From contig JAZNMQ010000070.1 of the NCBI GenBank assembly GCA_045579745.1, forward strand, positions 3,383 to 67,382: 64,000 nt of DNA, read 5' to 3'. Below are positions 1 through 10,344 of this stretch, one piece after another. Numbering within the stretch: position 1 is the first letter of the stretch; each line of letters begins with the position of its first letter. The position numbers and the translations under genes are program-made. This stretch comes from Candidatus Flemingiibacterium sp. Lineage in GTDB: Bacteria; Bacillota; Clostridia; Oscillospirales; CAG-272. The notes below the pieces were generated by a model. That model was not told the origin of the DNA and did not search any database. It was given only the letters and a program-made list of their open reading frames with translations.

Positions 1-1622
1 ATCTGTGGCACGGCCGTCGTGACCCGTATCTTTATTGCTTGGAAGTCGAAATCGTCGAAGACGGCGAGGTCGTTGATAATGTTTGCAGTCGTTTTGGCTG
101 CCGCAGCTTTAAAATTGATCCAGACAACGGATTTATCCTCAACGGCGAGGAGTATCCGCTTCGCGGCGTATCGCGCCATCAGGACAGATGGGGCGTTGGT
201 AACGCATTGCTGCCCGAGCACCACAGAGAAGATATTGATCTGATTATGGAAGTCGGTGCTACTACTATTCGTTTGGCACATTATCAGCACGACCAGTATT
301 TTTATGATCTCTGCGACGAAAAAGGCCTTGTAATCTGGGCGGAAATTCCCTATATTTCCAAGCACATGCCCGGCGGACGAGAAAATACGATCTCTCAGAT
401 GAAGGAATTGGTCACGCAGAACTATAATCACCCATCCATTGTGGTTTGGGGCCTTTCAAATGAAATTTCCATCGGCGGCTCTGATGACGATCTCCTGGAG
501 AATCACCGTATTCTCAACGATCTTGTTCACGAGATGGATAAGACACGTCTTACCACTATTGCGGCCGTATCGATGTGCAAGATGGATGATCCGTATCTGC
601 AGATTCCGGATGTTGTATCCTATAACCACTATTTTGGATGGTACGGCGGCGATACTACTATGAACGGTCCGTGGTTTGATAAGTTCCACGCAACACATCC
701 AAGCATTCCAATTGGATGCTCAGAGTATGGCTGCGAGGCGCTGAATTGGCATACAAGCGAGCCCAAGCAGGGCGACTACACAGAAGAATATCAGGCGTAC
801 TACCATGAGGAATTGATAAAGCAGTTCTTTACCCGCAAATTCATCTGGGCGACTCATGTGTGGAATATGTTTGATTTCGGTGCTGATGCACGAGCTGAGG
901 GCGGCGAGAATGGACAGAATCACAAGGGCCTTGTGACGATAGACCGAAAGTACAAGAAGGATGCTTTCTACGCATACAAGGCATGGCTCTCCGATGAGCC
1001 CTTCGTACATCTCTGCGGTAAGCGATATATTGACCGCGTTGAGGATGTAACCAAGGTTACGGTGTATTCGAATCTTCCCGAGGTGGAGCTGTTTGTCAAT
1101 GGCGAAAGCATCGGCAAGAAAACGGCAGATGATCATTTCTTCTACTTTGAGGTTAAGAATGAGGGCGAGAGCACGATCGTTGCCAAAGCGGGAGAATTTA
1201 CCGATGAGGGCAAGATCCGCAAGGTTGACCAAATGAATATGGACTATGTTCTCGTTGAAAAGGGTGCGGTTCTCAACTGGTTTGATATTGATGCGCCCGA
1301 GGGCAGATTCTCGCTGAACGACAAGATTTCCGACATAATGTCCTGCATGAGAGGTAAGATCTGGTTTGCCGGTGTTGGCCTTAAACTCAAAAAGAAAATG
1401 GATGCAAACAAGAAGGATAAAAAGGACGGCAAGAAGTCCGGTGGATTTGATGTTGATCTCAAGGGTGCCGGTTCGGGCGGACTCATGGATATGCTCGGTG
1501 GATTCAGCGTTCTTCGTCTTTCCTCTATGATGGGGATGATTAACATTTCCTTCACCAAGGAAGAGCTTCTTAAGATGAATAAACAGCTCAATAGAATCAA
1601 AAAGCCTACAAAAAAGAATTGA
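1..1622 (+). CDS. glycoside hydrolase family 2 (beta-galactosidase/glucuronidase-like), 5'-truncated by window edge
   Basis: Frame 3 is open from nt 3 (LWHGRRDPYLY) into listed ORF 39..1622. GH2 TIM-barrel hallmarks are present (GVSRHQD, IRLAHYQ, WAEIPYIS, WGLSNE, CSEYG). The C-terminal tail is Lys/Gly-rich. Confidence 0.85.
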   Translation, partial: LWHGRRDPYLYCLEVEIVEDGEVVDNVCSRFGCRSFKIDPDNGFILNGEEYPLRGVSRHQDRWGVGNALLPEHHREDIDLIMEVGATTIRLAHYQHDQYFYDLCDEKGLVIWAEIPYISKHMPGGRENTISQMKELVTQNYNHPSIVVWGLSNEISIGGSDDDLLENHRILNDLVHEMDKTRLTTIAAVSMCKMDDPYLQIPDVVSYNHYFGWYGGDTTMNGPWFDKFHATHPSIPIGCSEYGCEALNWHTSEPKQGDYTEEYQAYYHEELIKQFFTRKFIWATHVWNMFDFGADARAEGGENGQNHKGLVTIDRKYKKDAFYAYKAWLSDEPFVHLCGKRYIDRVEDVTKVTVYSNLPEVELFVNGESIGKKTADDHFFYFEVKNEGESTIVAKAGEFTDEGKIRKVDQMNMDYVLVEKGAVLNWFDIDAPEGRFSLNDKISDIMSCMRGKIWFAGVGLKLKKKMDANKKDKKDGKKSGGFDVDLKGAGSGGLMDMLGGFSVLRLSSMMGMINISFTKEELLKMNKQLNRIKKPTKKN

Positions 1623-1651
1623 ACAGTTTCAGTAAATTTGCTTAAGTCAAA

Positions 1652-1695
1652 AACGGAGCTGTCACCATATCGGTGACAGCTCCGTTGCTGTTTAT
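1652..1695. terminator. bidirectional rho-independent terminator between convergent GH2 and pyk
   Basis: Perfect 15-bp stem: aacggagctgtcacc (1652-1666) pairs with ggtgacagctccgtt (1672-1686). An A-run lies upstream and a T-rich tail downstream. Confidence 0.7.
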
Positions 1696-1805
1696 TAATA
1701 TCGTTTGAGTTTATCCGCAGATCACATATTATGATATGTTCAGACAAAACTCAATGTGACAGAGGTATACGTTTGAAATATTTTGGCTTGTCTGACGGAC
1801 CAACA

Positions 1806-3218
1806 TCAGATTTCGTCGATTTTTATTAGATTCGTGTTGCCGGAGTGCCCTGTGGTATCACCACCCGTGATGACGATTCTGTCTTTCTTAGCCAAGCCAA
1901 GCTCTTTACAAGCAATTTTCTTGGCGGTATAGAACAGCACGTCAGTAGAGGTGAATTCTTCGCACATAGCAGGAGTTACGCCCCATGAAAGCGCGAGCTT
2001 TCTCCATGTGTTTTCATTAGTAGTTAGACCAATGATTGGGACAGGAGAGCGGAAACGGGATATCATCCTTGCGGTCATTCCCGAAAGCGAACACGCTACG
2101 ATTGCCTTTGCATCAATATCGATGGACATTCCGCAGGTTGAGTGCGATATAGCATCGGTCATATTGCGGATTTTAAAATCTGCATCGTGAAAACGCTTCT
2201 TATAGTTGATATTTCCCTCGGTGGTTTCTGCAATCTTTGCCATGGTTTCAACCGCCTGCACGGGATATTTACCTGCTGCAGTTTCACCTGAAAGCATTAT
2301 TGCGCTTGTTCCGTCGTAAACAGCGTTTGCAATATCTGAGATCTCGGCTCTCGTAGGACGAGAGTTTGAAATCATTGATTCAAGCATCTCCGTTGCGGTG
2401 ATCACGCGCTTGCCAAGCAAACGGCATTTGGTAATCAGCTTTTTTTGAATGGCGGGCAGATGCTCAAACGGAATCTCAACGCCCATATCTCCACGGGCGA
2501 CCATAATTCCGTCGCAATATTGACAGATCTCCTCAATGTTATCAACGCCAGATTGATTTTCAATCTTGGCAATCAGCTCTATATCTTCAGCGCCGATCTC
2601 GTGCATATAGCTTCGCACGTCGATAAGATCCTGCTTGCAGGAAACGAATGAACAGGCAATATAGTCTATACCGTTGTCAACGCCAAACTTTATGTCCTTT
2701 TTATCCTGTTCGGAGAGGTAGGGCTGTTTCATAACCTTCCCGGGGAAGCTCATACTCTTGCGGTTCGAAAGCTCGCCGCCGCATACAACCTTGCATTCGA
2801 TATTTGCGCCGTCAATCTTATCAACCAAAAAGGTCAAAAGACCGTTGTTGAGAAGTATTGTATCACCAACCGAAAGCTCTTCGGGAAGCTTTGCATAGCT
2901 GACCGAAACACGCTCTCTGCTTCCAATCACCTCATCGGTTGTAAATGTGAAGCGATCACCGTCAGAAAGAAGAATTTTTCCGTCCTCAAAGGTCTTGATA
3001 CGGTATTCGGGCCCCTTGGTGTCGAGCATAATGGCGATGGGAAGTCCCAATTCCTCACGAACCTCTTTTACGAGATCTATTTTCTTCTGATGATCTGCAT
3101 GAGTATTGTGAGAAAAGTTTAATCTTGCCACGTTCATGCCTGCTTTGCAGAGACCAACAATAATATCTTTGGTTTCGCTTGCGGGACCAAGTGTGCAAAC
3201 GATTTTAGTCTTACGCAT
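1806..3218 (-). CDS. pyk: pyruvate kinase
   Basis: 470-aa ORF with MRKTKIVCTLGPA, NFSHN, MVARGDMGVEIP and ATEMLESM motifs. GGAG RBS upstream of the ATG. Confidence 0.95.
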   Translation of the reverse strand: MRKTKIVCTLGPASETKDIIVGLCKAGMNVARLNFSHNTHADHQKKIDLVKEVREELGLPIAIMLDTKGPEYRIKTFEDGKILLSDGDRFTFTTDEVIGSRERVSVSYAKLPEELSVGDTILLNNGLLTFLVDKIDGANIECKVVCGGELSNRKSMSFPGKVMKQPYLSEQDKKDIKFGVDNGIDYIACSFVSCKQDLIDVRSYMHEIGAEDIELIAKIENQSGVDNIEEICQYCDGIMVARGDMGVEIPFEHLPAIQKKLITKCRLLGKRVITATEMLESMISNSRPTRAEISDIANAVYDGTSAIMLSGETAAGKYPVQAVETMAKIAETTEGNINYKKRFHDADFKIRNMTDAISHSTCGMSIDIDAKAIVACSLSGMTARMISRFRSPVPIIGLTTNENTWRKLALSWGVTPAMCEEFTSTDVLFYTAKKIACKELGLAKKDRIVITGGDTTGHSGNTNLIKIDEI

Positions 3219-3240
3219 AATGTTTCTCCATAAAGTAATA

Positions 3241-4515
3241 TCAGATACCGTACATCAGCCACAAATAAACGTACGCCGGAATAATCGCCGCCAAGGTGAA
3301 CGGAATACCTATTTTAAAGAAATCGGAGTTCTTAACGGTATAACCCTCCTTGCGGAGAATGCCGATACCCGTGATGTTTGCAGATGCTCCGATCGGTGTA
3401 CAGTTGCCGCCGAGCGTTGCTCCCGAAAGGAGTCCGAAGTACAACACCGTCGGATCAACGTTTAATGCGGAAGCAAGTCCCGCAATGACGGGGATCATGG
3501 TAGCAACGTAAGGAATATTATCGATAAACGCTGAGATCAGCACGGATGCCCATACGATAACGGTATAGAGTATAAATATATTGCCTCCTCCCATTTTTGC
3601 GAGGAGATTCGCGGCTGCATCAATAACGCCCTGCTCTGAAATTCCGCCGATCATAATGAACAGACCGAGGAGAAGCCCGATCGTCTGTAAGTCAATATCC
3701 TTAAGTGGAGCAATGATGGCGGATGCCTTCTTTTTGCGAAGGAAATTATAAACAAGTCCGATAAGAAATAGGCTGCAGCAGATCAGTCCGTTAGTGATAT
3801 CCGGCTTATTGGGAATGAAGGATGCGCCGATCAACAACAATATTGTGCCAAGCAGCAGGAAGGAGGGAACATAATCTGTTACCTTGGTACGCTCTGCAGC
3901 TTTAGGAATCCCCGCTTTTTCTTTTCTGAATAAAAATGCAATAATAAGCGCGGAAAGGATTGCTCCAAACTCCACAACAAAGAACATACCCGGCTTGCCC
4001 TTGTACCAGAAGAAATCCGTAAAGCTCATATCAAGAGCCGAGCCCAGCATGATTGCGGTGGTATCTCCAACGAGCGTAGCAGCTCCCTGCAAATTCGAGG
4101 ATACCGCGATTGCAATGATGAACGGAACGGGATTGGTATTCAGCTTTCTGCAGATCTCAAGTGCCACGGGAGCGATCATGAGCACGGTCGCTACGTTATC
4201 CATAAAGGCGGATATGAAACCTGCAAACAAAGCCATTGCAACTGCCGCCAACTGCACATTTGGAACCCTTTCCATAATCAAGTCGGCAAGCAATTCGGGC
4301 ATTTTACTTTCAATAAACAGCGATACGATGCCCATTGTGCCTGCGATCATCAAAAGAACGTTGAAATCTATTGCCCCAAAGACTCTCGACAGAGGGAGCA
4401 TTCCGGAAACGATGAAGATAAGTGCTGATGCAAGAGCAATATAAGGTCTGTACTTGCTGAATATCAGCATCAAAACGTACGTTGCCGCAAACAGCGCCAA
4501 AGCAGCGTAAATCAT
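3241..4515 (-). CDS. ArsB/NhaD-superfamily (CitMHS/YbiR-like) anion permease
   Basis: 424-aa polytopic membrane ORF. It carries the duplicated hairpin motif typical of this fold (FMDNVATVLMIAPV and FIDNIPYVATMIPV). Confidence 0.7.
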   Translation of the reverse strand: MIYAALALFAATYVLMLIFSKYRPYIALASALIFIVSGMLPLSRVFGAIDFNVLLMIAGTMGIVSLFIESKMPELLADLIMERVPNVQLAAVAMALFAGFISAFMDNVATVLMIAPVALEICRKLNTNPVPFIIAIAVSSNLQGAATLVGDTTAIMLGSALDMSFTDFFWYKGKPGMFFVVEFGAILSALIIAFLFRKEKAGIPKAAERTKVTDYVPSFLLLGTILLLIGASFIPNKPDITNGLICCSLFLIGLVYNFLRKKKASAIIAPLKDIDLQTIGLLLGLFIMIGGISEQGVIDAAANLLAKMGGGNIFILYTVIVWASVLISAFIDNIPYVATMIPVIAGLASALNVDPTVLYFGLLSGATLGGNCTPIGASANITGIGILRKEGYTVKNSDFFKIGIPFTLAAIIPAYVYLWLMYGI

Positions 4516-4535
4516 AGAGATTGCCTATAACCCTT

Positions 4536-6218
4536 TCAGTTTTCTTTTTGAGATCCAATAGGATTGATAATACTGTAGCCTACGTTAATAAGATGGTCTG
4601 CCACACGCTCAAGCCCTGATACGGCAGAGGAATAATAAGGACTTACATCCATACTGCACTTACCCTCTGCAAGGCGAACAAAGTGGTCGCTTATAAGCTT
4701 TTTTTTCATTGCGTCGACTGTGTTTTCCAACGCCGTCAGTTCATGGAGCCTGTCTTTGTTCATATTTTCAAAGGCATCTTTAGCTATATCAAGCATCTGC
4801 ATAATAGTTTTATGCATTATTTTTATATCGGCTTGGCCTCTCTCGGAAAATTCAATTTTCTTTGCGCGCATTTCTTCGCCAATTTCCCAGAAGTTTTCAG
4901 CGTGGTCACCGATACGCTCAAGGTCGTTAAGCACATGGAAATACGAGCCAATCACGCGTTCATCGCTTTGCGATGCACTTGAGGATAGGTTAATTAAGAA
5001 TTTTGTGAGTGCTCCATTAGTGAAGTCGATAATTGCCTCGTTGTTCCTGAGATGCTCGCCGTTTACCATCAAACCTTTTTCTATGGCAACGAAGGAAAGA
5101 TTCATATTATCCTCAACTAAGCTGAGCATATAATCCATTTCTTTTTTGACCTGCATCAATGCAATAGGAGGTGTGGACAAAAGTCTGTCGTCGACGTATT
5201 TAAGAGAACGCGTTTCTTCGGCTGTCTTTTTATCCTTGATAATAAGGCTGGAATATTTAACGAGGTATTTCGTAAACGGAAGCAAGAGGCAAGTGGTGGA
5301 AACGTTGAAAATTACGTGGAATGCCGATACTCGCATTTGCAAGGACATTGGGTCAGATTCGGGGAACATGGAAACAAGAAGATTTACGGCAGGCTCCTTG
5401 AAGATCCAGATAAGTGCCGTGAACAGCGCCGTACCGATAACATTGAATGTAAAGTGTATCAATGCAACTCTCTTGGAATTTGCATTTGCACCTACGGAGG
5501 CAAGCAATGCAGTCACGCAGGTACCTATGTTTGCACCAAGAATGATGAACAGCGCAAGCTCAAGCGGAAGCACGCCCGTACCAACCATAGTAATAACTAC
5601 ACCGGTTGCCGCGGAAGAACTTTGAATAAGCGCGGTAAAGATAACGCCCACTAAAATAAAGAGAAGCGGAAAATCAATAGTCTTGAATATATTTGCAAAC
5701 AAATCCTCGACGAGCGGATTTCCGAAAGCCTCCTCGCTGCTCATAACATTAAGTCCAACGAATATCAAACCGAGACCAGAGCAAAGCACGCCTGCAAGCT
5801 TAATCTTCTCATTTTTGGAAAAGCCCATCATAACTCCCGCAAAAGCAGCGAGGTACATAAGCATATTGAAGTAGTCGTTTTTGAGTGCGACGAGAACACC
5901 TGTAATCGTCGTACCGATATTTGCACCCATAATGATCGGAGTAGCTTGCATAAGCGTCATAACGCCTGCATTAACCAAACCGATAACCATAACCGAGGTA
6001 GCCGATGAGCTTTGAATGATCGCAGTGACGCCTGCACCGATGCCAACGCCGGATATACGGTTGTTGCTGATCTTTTCTAGCATTTTTTTCATTCCGCTGC
6101 CTGCACTTTTTTCAAGTGCGTCGCTCATAAAGTTCATTCCTACAATGAACACGCCGACACCGGCAAGCAGCCATATCAAGCTTTGAAGCAACTGAATAAT
6201 TTCATTTCCTGAGGGCAT
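4536..6218 (-). CDS. Na+/phosphate cotransporter family protein with PhoU-like C-terminal domain
   Basis: 560-aa ORF with a duplicated QSSSA motif (IIQSSSATSVMV, LIQSSSAATGVV) in the membrane part. The soluble tail has two PhoU-like repeats (ERIGDHAEN, ERVADHLIN). Confidence 0.85.
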   Translation of the reverse strand: MPSGNEIIQLLQSLIWLLAGVGVFIVGMNFMSDALEKSAGSGMKKMLEKISNNRISGVGIGAGVTAIIQSSSATSVMVIGLVNAGVMTLMQATPIIMGANIGTTITGVLVALKNDYFNMLMYLAAFAGVMMGFSKNEKIKLAGVLCSGLGLIFVGLNVMSSEEAFGNPLVEDLFANIFKTIDFPLLFILVGVIFTALIQSSSAATGVVITMVGTGVLPLELALFIILGANIGTCVTALLASVGANANSKRVALIHFTFNVIGTALFTALIWIFKEPAVNLLVSMFPESDPMSLQMRVSAFHVIFNVSTTCLLLPFTKYLVKYSSLIIKDKKTAEETRSLKYVDDRLLSTPPIALMQVKKEMDYMLSLVEDNMNLSFVAIEKGLMVNGEHLRNNEAIIDFTNGALTKFLINLSSSASQSDERVIGSYFHVLNDLERIGDHAENFWEIGEEMRAKKIEFSERGQADIKIMHKTIMQMLDIAKDAFENMNKDRLHELTALENTVDAMKKKLISDHFVRLAEGKCSMDVSPYYSSAVSGLERVADHLINVGYSIINPIGSQKEN

Positions 6219-6277
6219 AGTAATAAATCTCCTTCTAAGGTGTACGAATAAAAACCAAATTTAAGCCATTATATAAT

Positions 6278-6306
6278 AATATACCATATATTTATGAATT
6301 TTTCAA
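6278..6306 (-). promoter_or_regulatory. candidate sigma-A promoter for the permease operon
   Basis: Minus strand reads TTGAAA (6306-6301), 17-nt spacer, TATATT (6283-6278). Confidence 0.4.
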
Positions 6307-6317
6307 TTGTTTGAACT

Positions 6318-6353
6318 AAAAAGTCCTCGCTGAAAATTTAGCGAGGACTTTTT
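6318..6353 (-). terminator. rho-independent terminator downstream of the 1063-aa ORF
   Basis: aaaaagtcctcgc (6318-6330) pairs with gcgaggacttttt (6341-6353). U-runs are present on both strands. Confidence 0.65.
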
Positions 6354-6406
6354 GTCGTTTTGTGTAAGTCTCTGAATTTTTGATGGATGTTATAGGGAGA
6401 TGCCTA

Positions 6407-9400
6407 TTATTTCTTTTCGAAATCGAGTGCGCCGTGTGCGCCGATTTTGCCGAATACGCCGATTCGGTTGTCCTTGTTGCCAACGATATCCGACCATTCC
6501 TTGTTTCCTGCATTCCATGCGGGAGAGGTGTCGCGAGGCATTACGTTGTAAACGCCTGCCTTTGTGATATCGTAGCAATCTCCGAGAACGAAGCCCGACT
6601 TTCTTGCATTGTCCTTCTTTTCCTCAGACCAATCTTCTGGATAAACAGCGTTCTCGTAGTCGTGTACGACCGGCTTGAGCTCAGTAAATTGGGGGTCAAC
6701 CTTGTACATGTTGTGCTTGCCGACGGTTGTTCCTCTGTACTCGGTGCCGACATTGCTGTCGTTGTTGTAGTTGTAGAAAATGTTGTTGTCGTATGCGATA
6801 TCTATATCTCTTGAGCTTGCAGGAGATTCCTTTGTTCTGGAGCGCGAGTATACGATGTTGTTGAACATATTGATGTGGTTTGCGGTGTTCGCAAACATAT
6901 CGGCATATCCGAGTGCAGGGGTTGCGCTGTTGTAAACAAAGGTGTTGTTAATGATATCAGTATAATCAGACCTGAACGCGTGTGCTCCCGAGCCGCCGTT
7001 TTCGTAGGAAAGGTTGTTAGCAACGAGAATCTTGCCTGTGTAGGGAAGTCCCTTGAAGCAGCCGACTGTTGTGTCGATGATGATTCCGTTTCCGTCACTC
7101 AGACGCTTTATATGGAGCCAGGGTATGAAGTGTCTGTTGCCTGCTGTGAGGTTGTTGCGGAAAATGATCTTGTAATCCGTTGTATTGTCATCAATATCGA
7201 TGTTTCCGAGCGTGCCGAAGCCAGAGGTTGCGTAGATGCTCCACCAACCGATATTTAAAGCGGTGCAGTTTTCAATGGTTACATAGTCTGTAAAGCGAGT
7301 TCCGATACCGCCGCCGGGCACCTTGTTTGCAGTACAGTTGCGGACAATGATATGATGAGGTACTATTACAGCCGGGCTGTAAATACCGCCGCTTTCTTTG
7401 TTGGAACCAATTGTGTGAGCGGAGATAGGCTCAATCGGAAATGCGTTTGTCTGTGTAACGCTGACTTCTCTGCCTACGGATTTGTTGATTCCCTTGAGCT
7501 TTTCGTCGTAGAGATTCCATGAGTAGTCATATCCGTAATCATCTGCAAGGCCCTCAAAAGTGAGTCCGTCTATAATTATATAGTACGACTGAAGGATCAT
7601 GATGTTCCATTCGCCATTCGACATCAGAACGGGATGCTCACCCTCAGCCGCCTTGATGGTGATGTAAGCGTCCGGCAAGCCCGAATTTGTTATGATAAAC
7701 GGACCGTTGTGTACATAGGTGTCCTTATTCCAGCCGTACGGTTCGCGGCTTTCATGAATTATCATAGTATCGCCCGGACGAAGCTTGTCATGAGCTGCCA
7801 TGATTGTCTTCATCGCGGTTTCCTCGCTCAGACCGTCGTTATCATCACAGCCTGTATCGCCGTTTACATAGTATGTCTTGAATGTAGGAGTATAGCCGAC
7901 ACGAATTTCGATACGGGTTTTGAACTCTCCGCCTTTGCCGTCCTCGCTCTTGATTATGAAGTTTACGCCGATGGGGTCGAGCGAATTGTTAGAGTTGAGC
8001 GCATCTCTCTTAATAAAGTCGGGCTTGACGAAATCCTTGTTCGGGGTAGTGTATGTCCAATCACCGGTTGCCGGGTCAACTGTAACCTTGCCCTCGCATT
8101 CGGGAAGCTCTTCCTCGAGAGAATATGTAATAACATCTCCGTCGGGGTCCTCAACGAGAATCTTTCCGCTGATGCTTGAGCCCTGAACGATTGAATAGGT
8201 GTAGAATGCGCTGCCGGTCGGTGCGCTGTTGACATGCGCTTTGATATTGGGATTGTTAATGAAGATTCTGCCGAGGTCAGCAACTGCATCGTTGCCCCAA
8301 ATGCCCCACCATTCGGCTTTGCTCCAGAAGTTCATAGAGCTTCTGTGACCTGCGAATACATCAAATCCAATTTGCGAATAATTGTCGCGCTGAACGAAGC
8401 CGTCCTTGAGTGCTGTAAGTCTTTCCCAAGGCATAGCGAACAAAAGGAAGTATCCGTCGTCAAGCTTTATTTGCTTAACGGTTACCCCTGCCTCATCCTG
8501 CGAAATGTAGGAGGTATGATGGTCGGAGGTTGCGCACCAGAATACGGTTTTCTTTGTGGTCGGGAACCAGTTGAATATATAATCAAACTCGTTCTTAGGA
8601 CCCTTTGCGGTATTGTCGCCGTCAAGGATAAACTGAACGAGAGGAGGTGCGTCCTCGCCCTTGTCATCTTTGAGAACAGTATCAAACGATTTTAGCGGAT
8701 CCTCAACCTTAAAGCCAAGGTAGAGGTGCTTGCTGTCGCAGACTGAGCCGAAGCTTACGCTTGCGCCCTCATATTCTTTAAATGCGATAGAGTTGTGAAG
8801 CTCCCATTTTGCAAGGTCGAGCGTTCCGTCGAGCGCGGGAGATTCGTCGGTCGAAACGACTGCGGGAATTCTGTCATAGAGGTAAAGCGAGCCCCATGTC
8901 GAAGGCTTGTTGTAAACCATATATCTGTCCCATGTTAAAACCTGTCTGTCGCTTCTTGTATCGTCGTCATTGTCATTATTTGCTACTTCAATGCCGATAA
9001 GAGAGGTGGGAGAGGGAGTTATACCGAGCGTTTCAAACGGAATGTTGATTTCTGCGGTGAAGCCGCCTTCGTCGCATTTGACAGCATAGAGAAGTCCGTC
9101 AAGGCTTGTTGCATCAGCTGACCTGTCCTTGCCGCCCTGAATGAGTATTTTGCCGTCATACTGAAGATAGATATGGTACGAGTTTACGCCGTTGTAGCCT
9201 TCTGCCTTTGAGTTGGAGCCGTCGATGAAGATTTCGACGGAGTCGTTCTCGTAGATGTTTTCTGCCATGTATTTTGTGACAACATGCGCATCTCTTACAT
9301 CGATTGCAATACTGAGATACTTGTCAGTCCATTTGGTGTCGAATTTGCACTCGTTGTTTGGAGTGGTAGCTTCAAGGCACTGGTTAACCTCATATTTGAG

Positions 9401-9598
9401 CTCGCCCCATTCGCTGAGATCTCCGTCTACAGTGATAGCCGAACCGGCAACAACTGCATCTGCGGTTGAGTACTTGCCGTTCTCGAATTTGAGAGCGACA
9501 CCTTTGGCATTATATTCGGGAAGCGCTTCTGCTTTTTTTGAAAACGCGAGCTCGCCCGTAATCAATGCCTGAGTAGCTGATTTACTGTACGCTGACAT
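6407..9598 (-). CDS. large CBM9-like / cadherin-like / right-handed beta-helix protein (paralog A, no signal peptide or anchor)
   Basis: 1063-aa ORF with AAAGGAG RBS. Two CBM9-like modules (ITVDGDLSEWGE, ENIYENDSVEIFIDG; PALDGTLDLAKWE, VQFILDGDNT). Cadherin-like motif DPDGDVITYS. PbH1-type repeats (HIIVRNCTA, DYVTIENC, IIFRNN, NNLSYENGGSGAH). Collinear with ORF 41230..44712. Confidence 0.8.
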   Translation of the reverse strand: MSAYSKSATQALITGELAFSKKAEALPEYNAKGVALKFENGKYSTADAVVAGSAITVDGDLSEWGELKYEVNQCLEATTPNNECKFDTKWTDKYLSIAIDVRDAHVVTKYMAENIYENDSVEIFIDGSNSKAEGYNGVNSYHIYLQYDGKILIQGGKDRSADATSLDGLLYAVKCDEGGFTAEINIPFETLGITPSPTSLIGIEVANNDNDDDTRSDRQVLTWDRYMVYNKPSTWGSLYLYDRIPAVVSTDESPALDGTLDLAKWELHNSIAFKEYEGASVSFGSVCDSKHLYLGFKVEDPLKSFDTVLKDDKGEDAPPLVQFILDGDNTAKGPKNEFDYIFNWFPTTKKTVFWCATSDHHTSYISQDEAGVTVKQIKLDDGYFLLFAMPWERLTALKDGFVQRDNYSQIGFDVFAGHRSSMNFWSKAEWWGIWGNDAVADLGRIFINNPNIKAHVNSAPTGSAFYTYSIVQGSSISGKILVEDPDGDVITYSLEEELPECEGKVTVDPATGDWTYTTPNKDFVKPDFIKRDALNSNNSLDPIGVNFIIKSEDGKGGEFKTRIEIRVGYTPTFKTYYVNGDTGCDDNDGLSEETAMKTIMAAHDKLRPGDTMIIHESREPYGWNKDTYVHNGPFIITNSGLPDAYITIKAAEGEHPVLMSNGEWNIMILQSYYIIIDGLTFEGLADDYGYDYSWNLYDEKLKGINKSVGREVSVTQTNAFPIEPISAHTIGSNKESGGIYSPAVIVPHHIIVRNCTANKVPGGGIGTRFTDYVTIENCTALNIGWWSIYATSGFGTLGNIDIDDNTTDYKIIFRNNLTAGNRHFIPWLHIKRLSDGNGIIIDTTVGCFKGLPYTGKILVANNLSYENGGSGAHAFRSDYTDIINNTFVYNSATPALGYADMFANTANHINMFNNIVYSRSRTKESPASSRDIDIAYDNNIFYNYNNDSNVGTEYRGTTVGKHNMYKVDPQFTELKPVVHDYENAVYPEDWSEEKKDNARKSGFVLGDCYDITKAGVYNVMPRDTSPAWNAGNKEWSDIVGNKDNRIGVFGKIGAHGALDFEKK

Positions 9599-9792
9599 TT
9601 TTGATTTCTCCTTTAAACCATAATATGTGATAAAAACGCTTGTTGAAACAATTATAGAGTGTTGATTTCATGGTTTCAGTACTTTTTAAGAATATAATTG
9701 CCAAAATTGTGTTTGCTTTTTTTGAAAATAGGTGCGAAAAAATTCGCAAAGCCGTGAGAAAAATCAAACACAGAGGTAAAGACTTAAGCAGG

Positions 9793-10155
9793 TTACTCTC
9801 GATTGTTGACCGCTTCTCCGCAGGCTGAGCAAAATTTCATATCACTGTTTATAACAGCACCGCAGCTCGCACAGCGGATCGGTGATTTTACACCGCCAAG
9901 CTGTTTGGTATAATCGGCGATTTTGGCTTCGGAAGCGGAGATGTTGTCGATCATTTCCGCAAATCCCTCGTCAGCGTCAGCTCCGTGGCGCTCAACATAA
10001 AGCTTTCCGATTTGCTTATATTTGTTGTTGATCTTGTTTTTTTCGCAGGCAATCATTCCGTTGATTTTTACAATTTCAGCCATCTCTTTCGCCTTGTTAA
10101 CGACCGTGTGTCCTACCTTTGTCAATGTATCGCTGAGATCATCAAGAAATGCCAT
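9793..10155 (-). CDS. zinc-ribbon domain protein
   Basis: 120-aa ORF with a helical N-terminal half and a C-terminal CASCG-x9-CSACG zinc ribbon. GGAGGA RBS. Confidence 0.65.
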   Translation of the reverse strand: MAFLDDLSDTLTKVGHTVVNKAKEMAEIVKINGMIACEKNKINNKYKQIGKLYVERHGADADEGFAEMIDNISASEAKIADYTKQLGGVKSPIRCASCGAVINSDMKFCSACGEAVNNRE

Positions 10156-10272
10156 ACCGATATCCTCCGTAATTATAAATTTGGACGTTAGTCTAAACTA
10201 ATTGTAACATATATGTAATGTAAAAGCAATGCTATTTTATTATTTTTTACTGAAAAATAAGCGATTGCTTTC

Positions 10273-10301
10273 TTGACAGCAGATTGCCTTTGTGATATAC
10301 T
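10273..10301 (+). promoter_or_regulatory. sigma-A type promoter
   Basis: TTGACA (10273-10278), 17-nt spacer, TATACT (10296-10301), about 45 nt upstream of the URO-D-family gene. Confidence 0.55.
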
Positions 10302-10344
10302 TTATTAAAATAGGCGAATAAATTTTAGTTTTCGGAGGTTAATT

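Noticed and set aside
9599-9792. A promoter for the 1063-aa paralog A
   Set aside because: No -35/-10 pair with acceptable spacing was found on the minus strand. The gene may be co-transcribed with the upstream zinc-ribbon gene, so no promoter is called.
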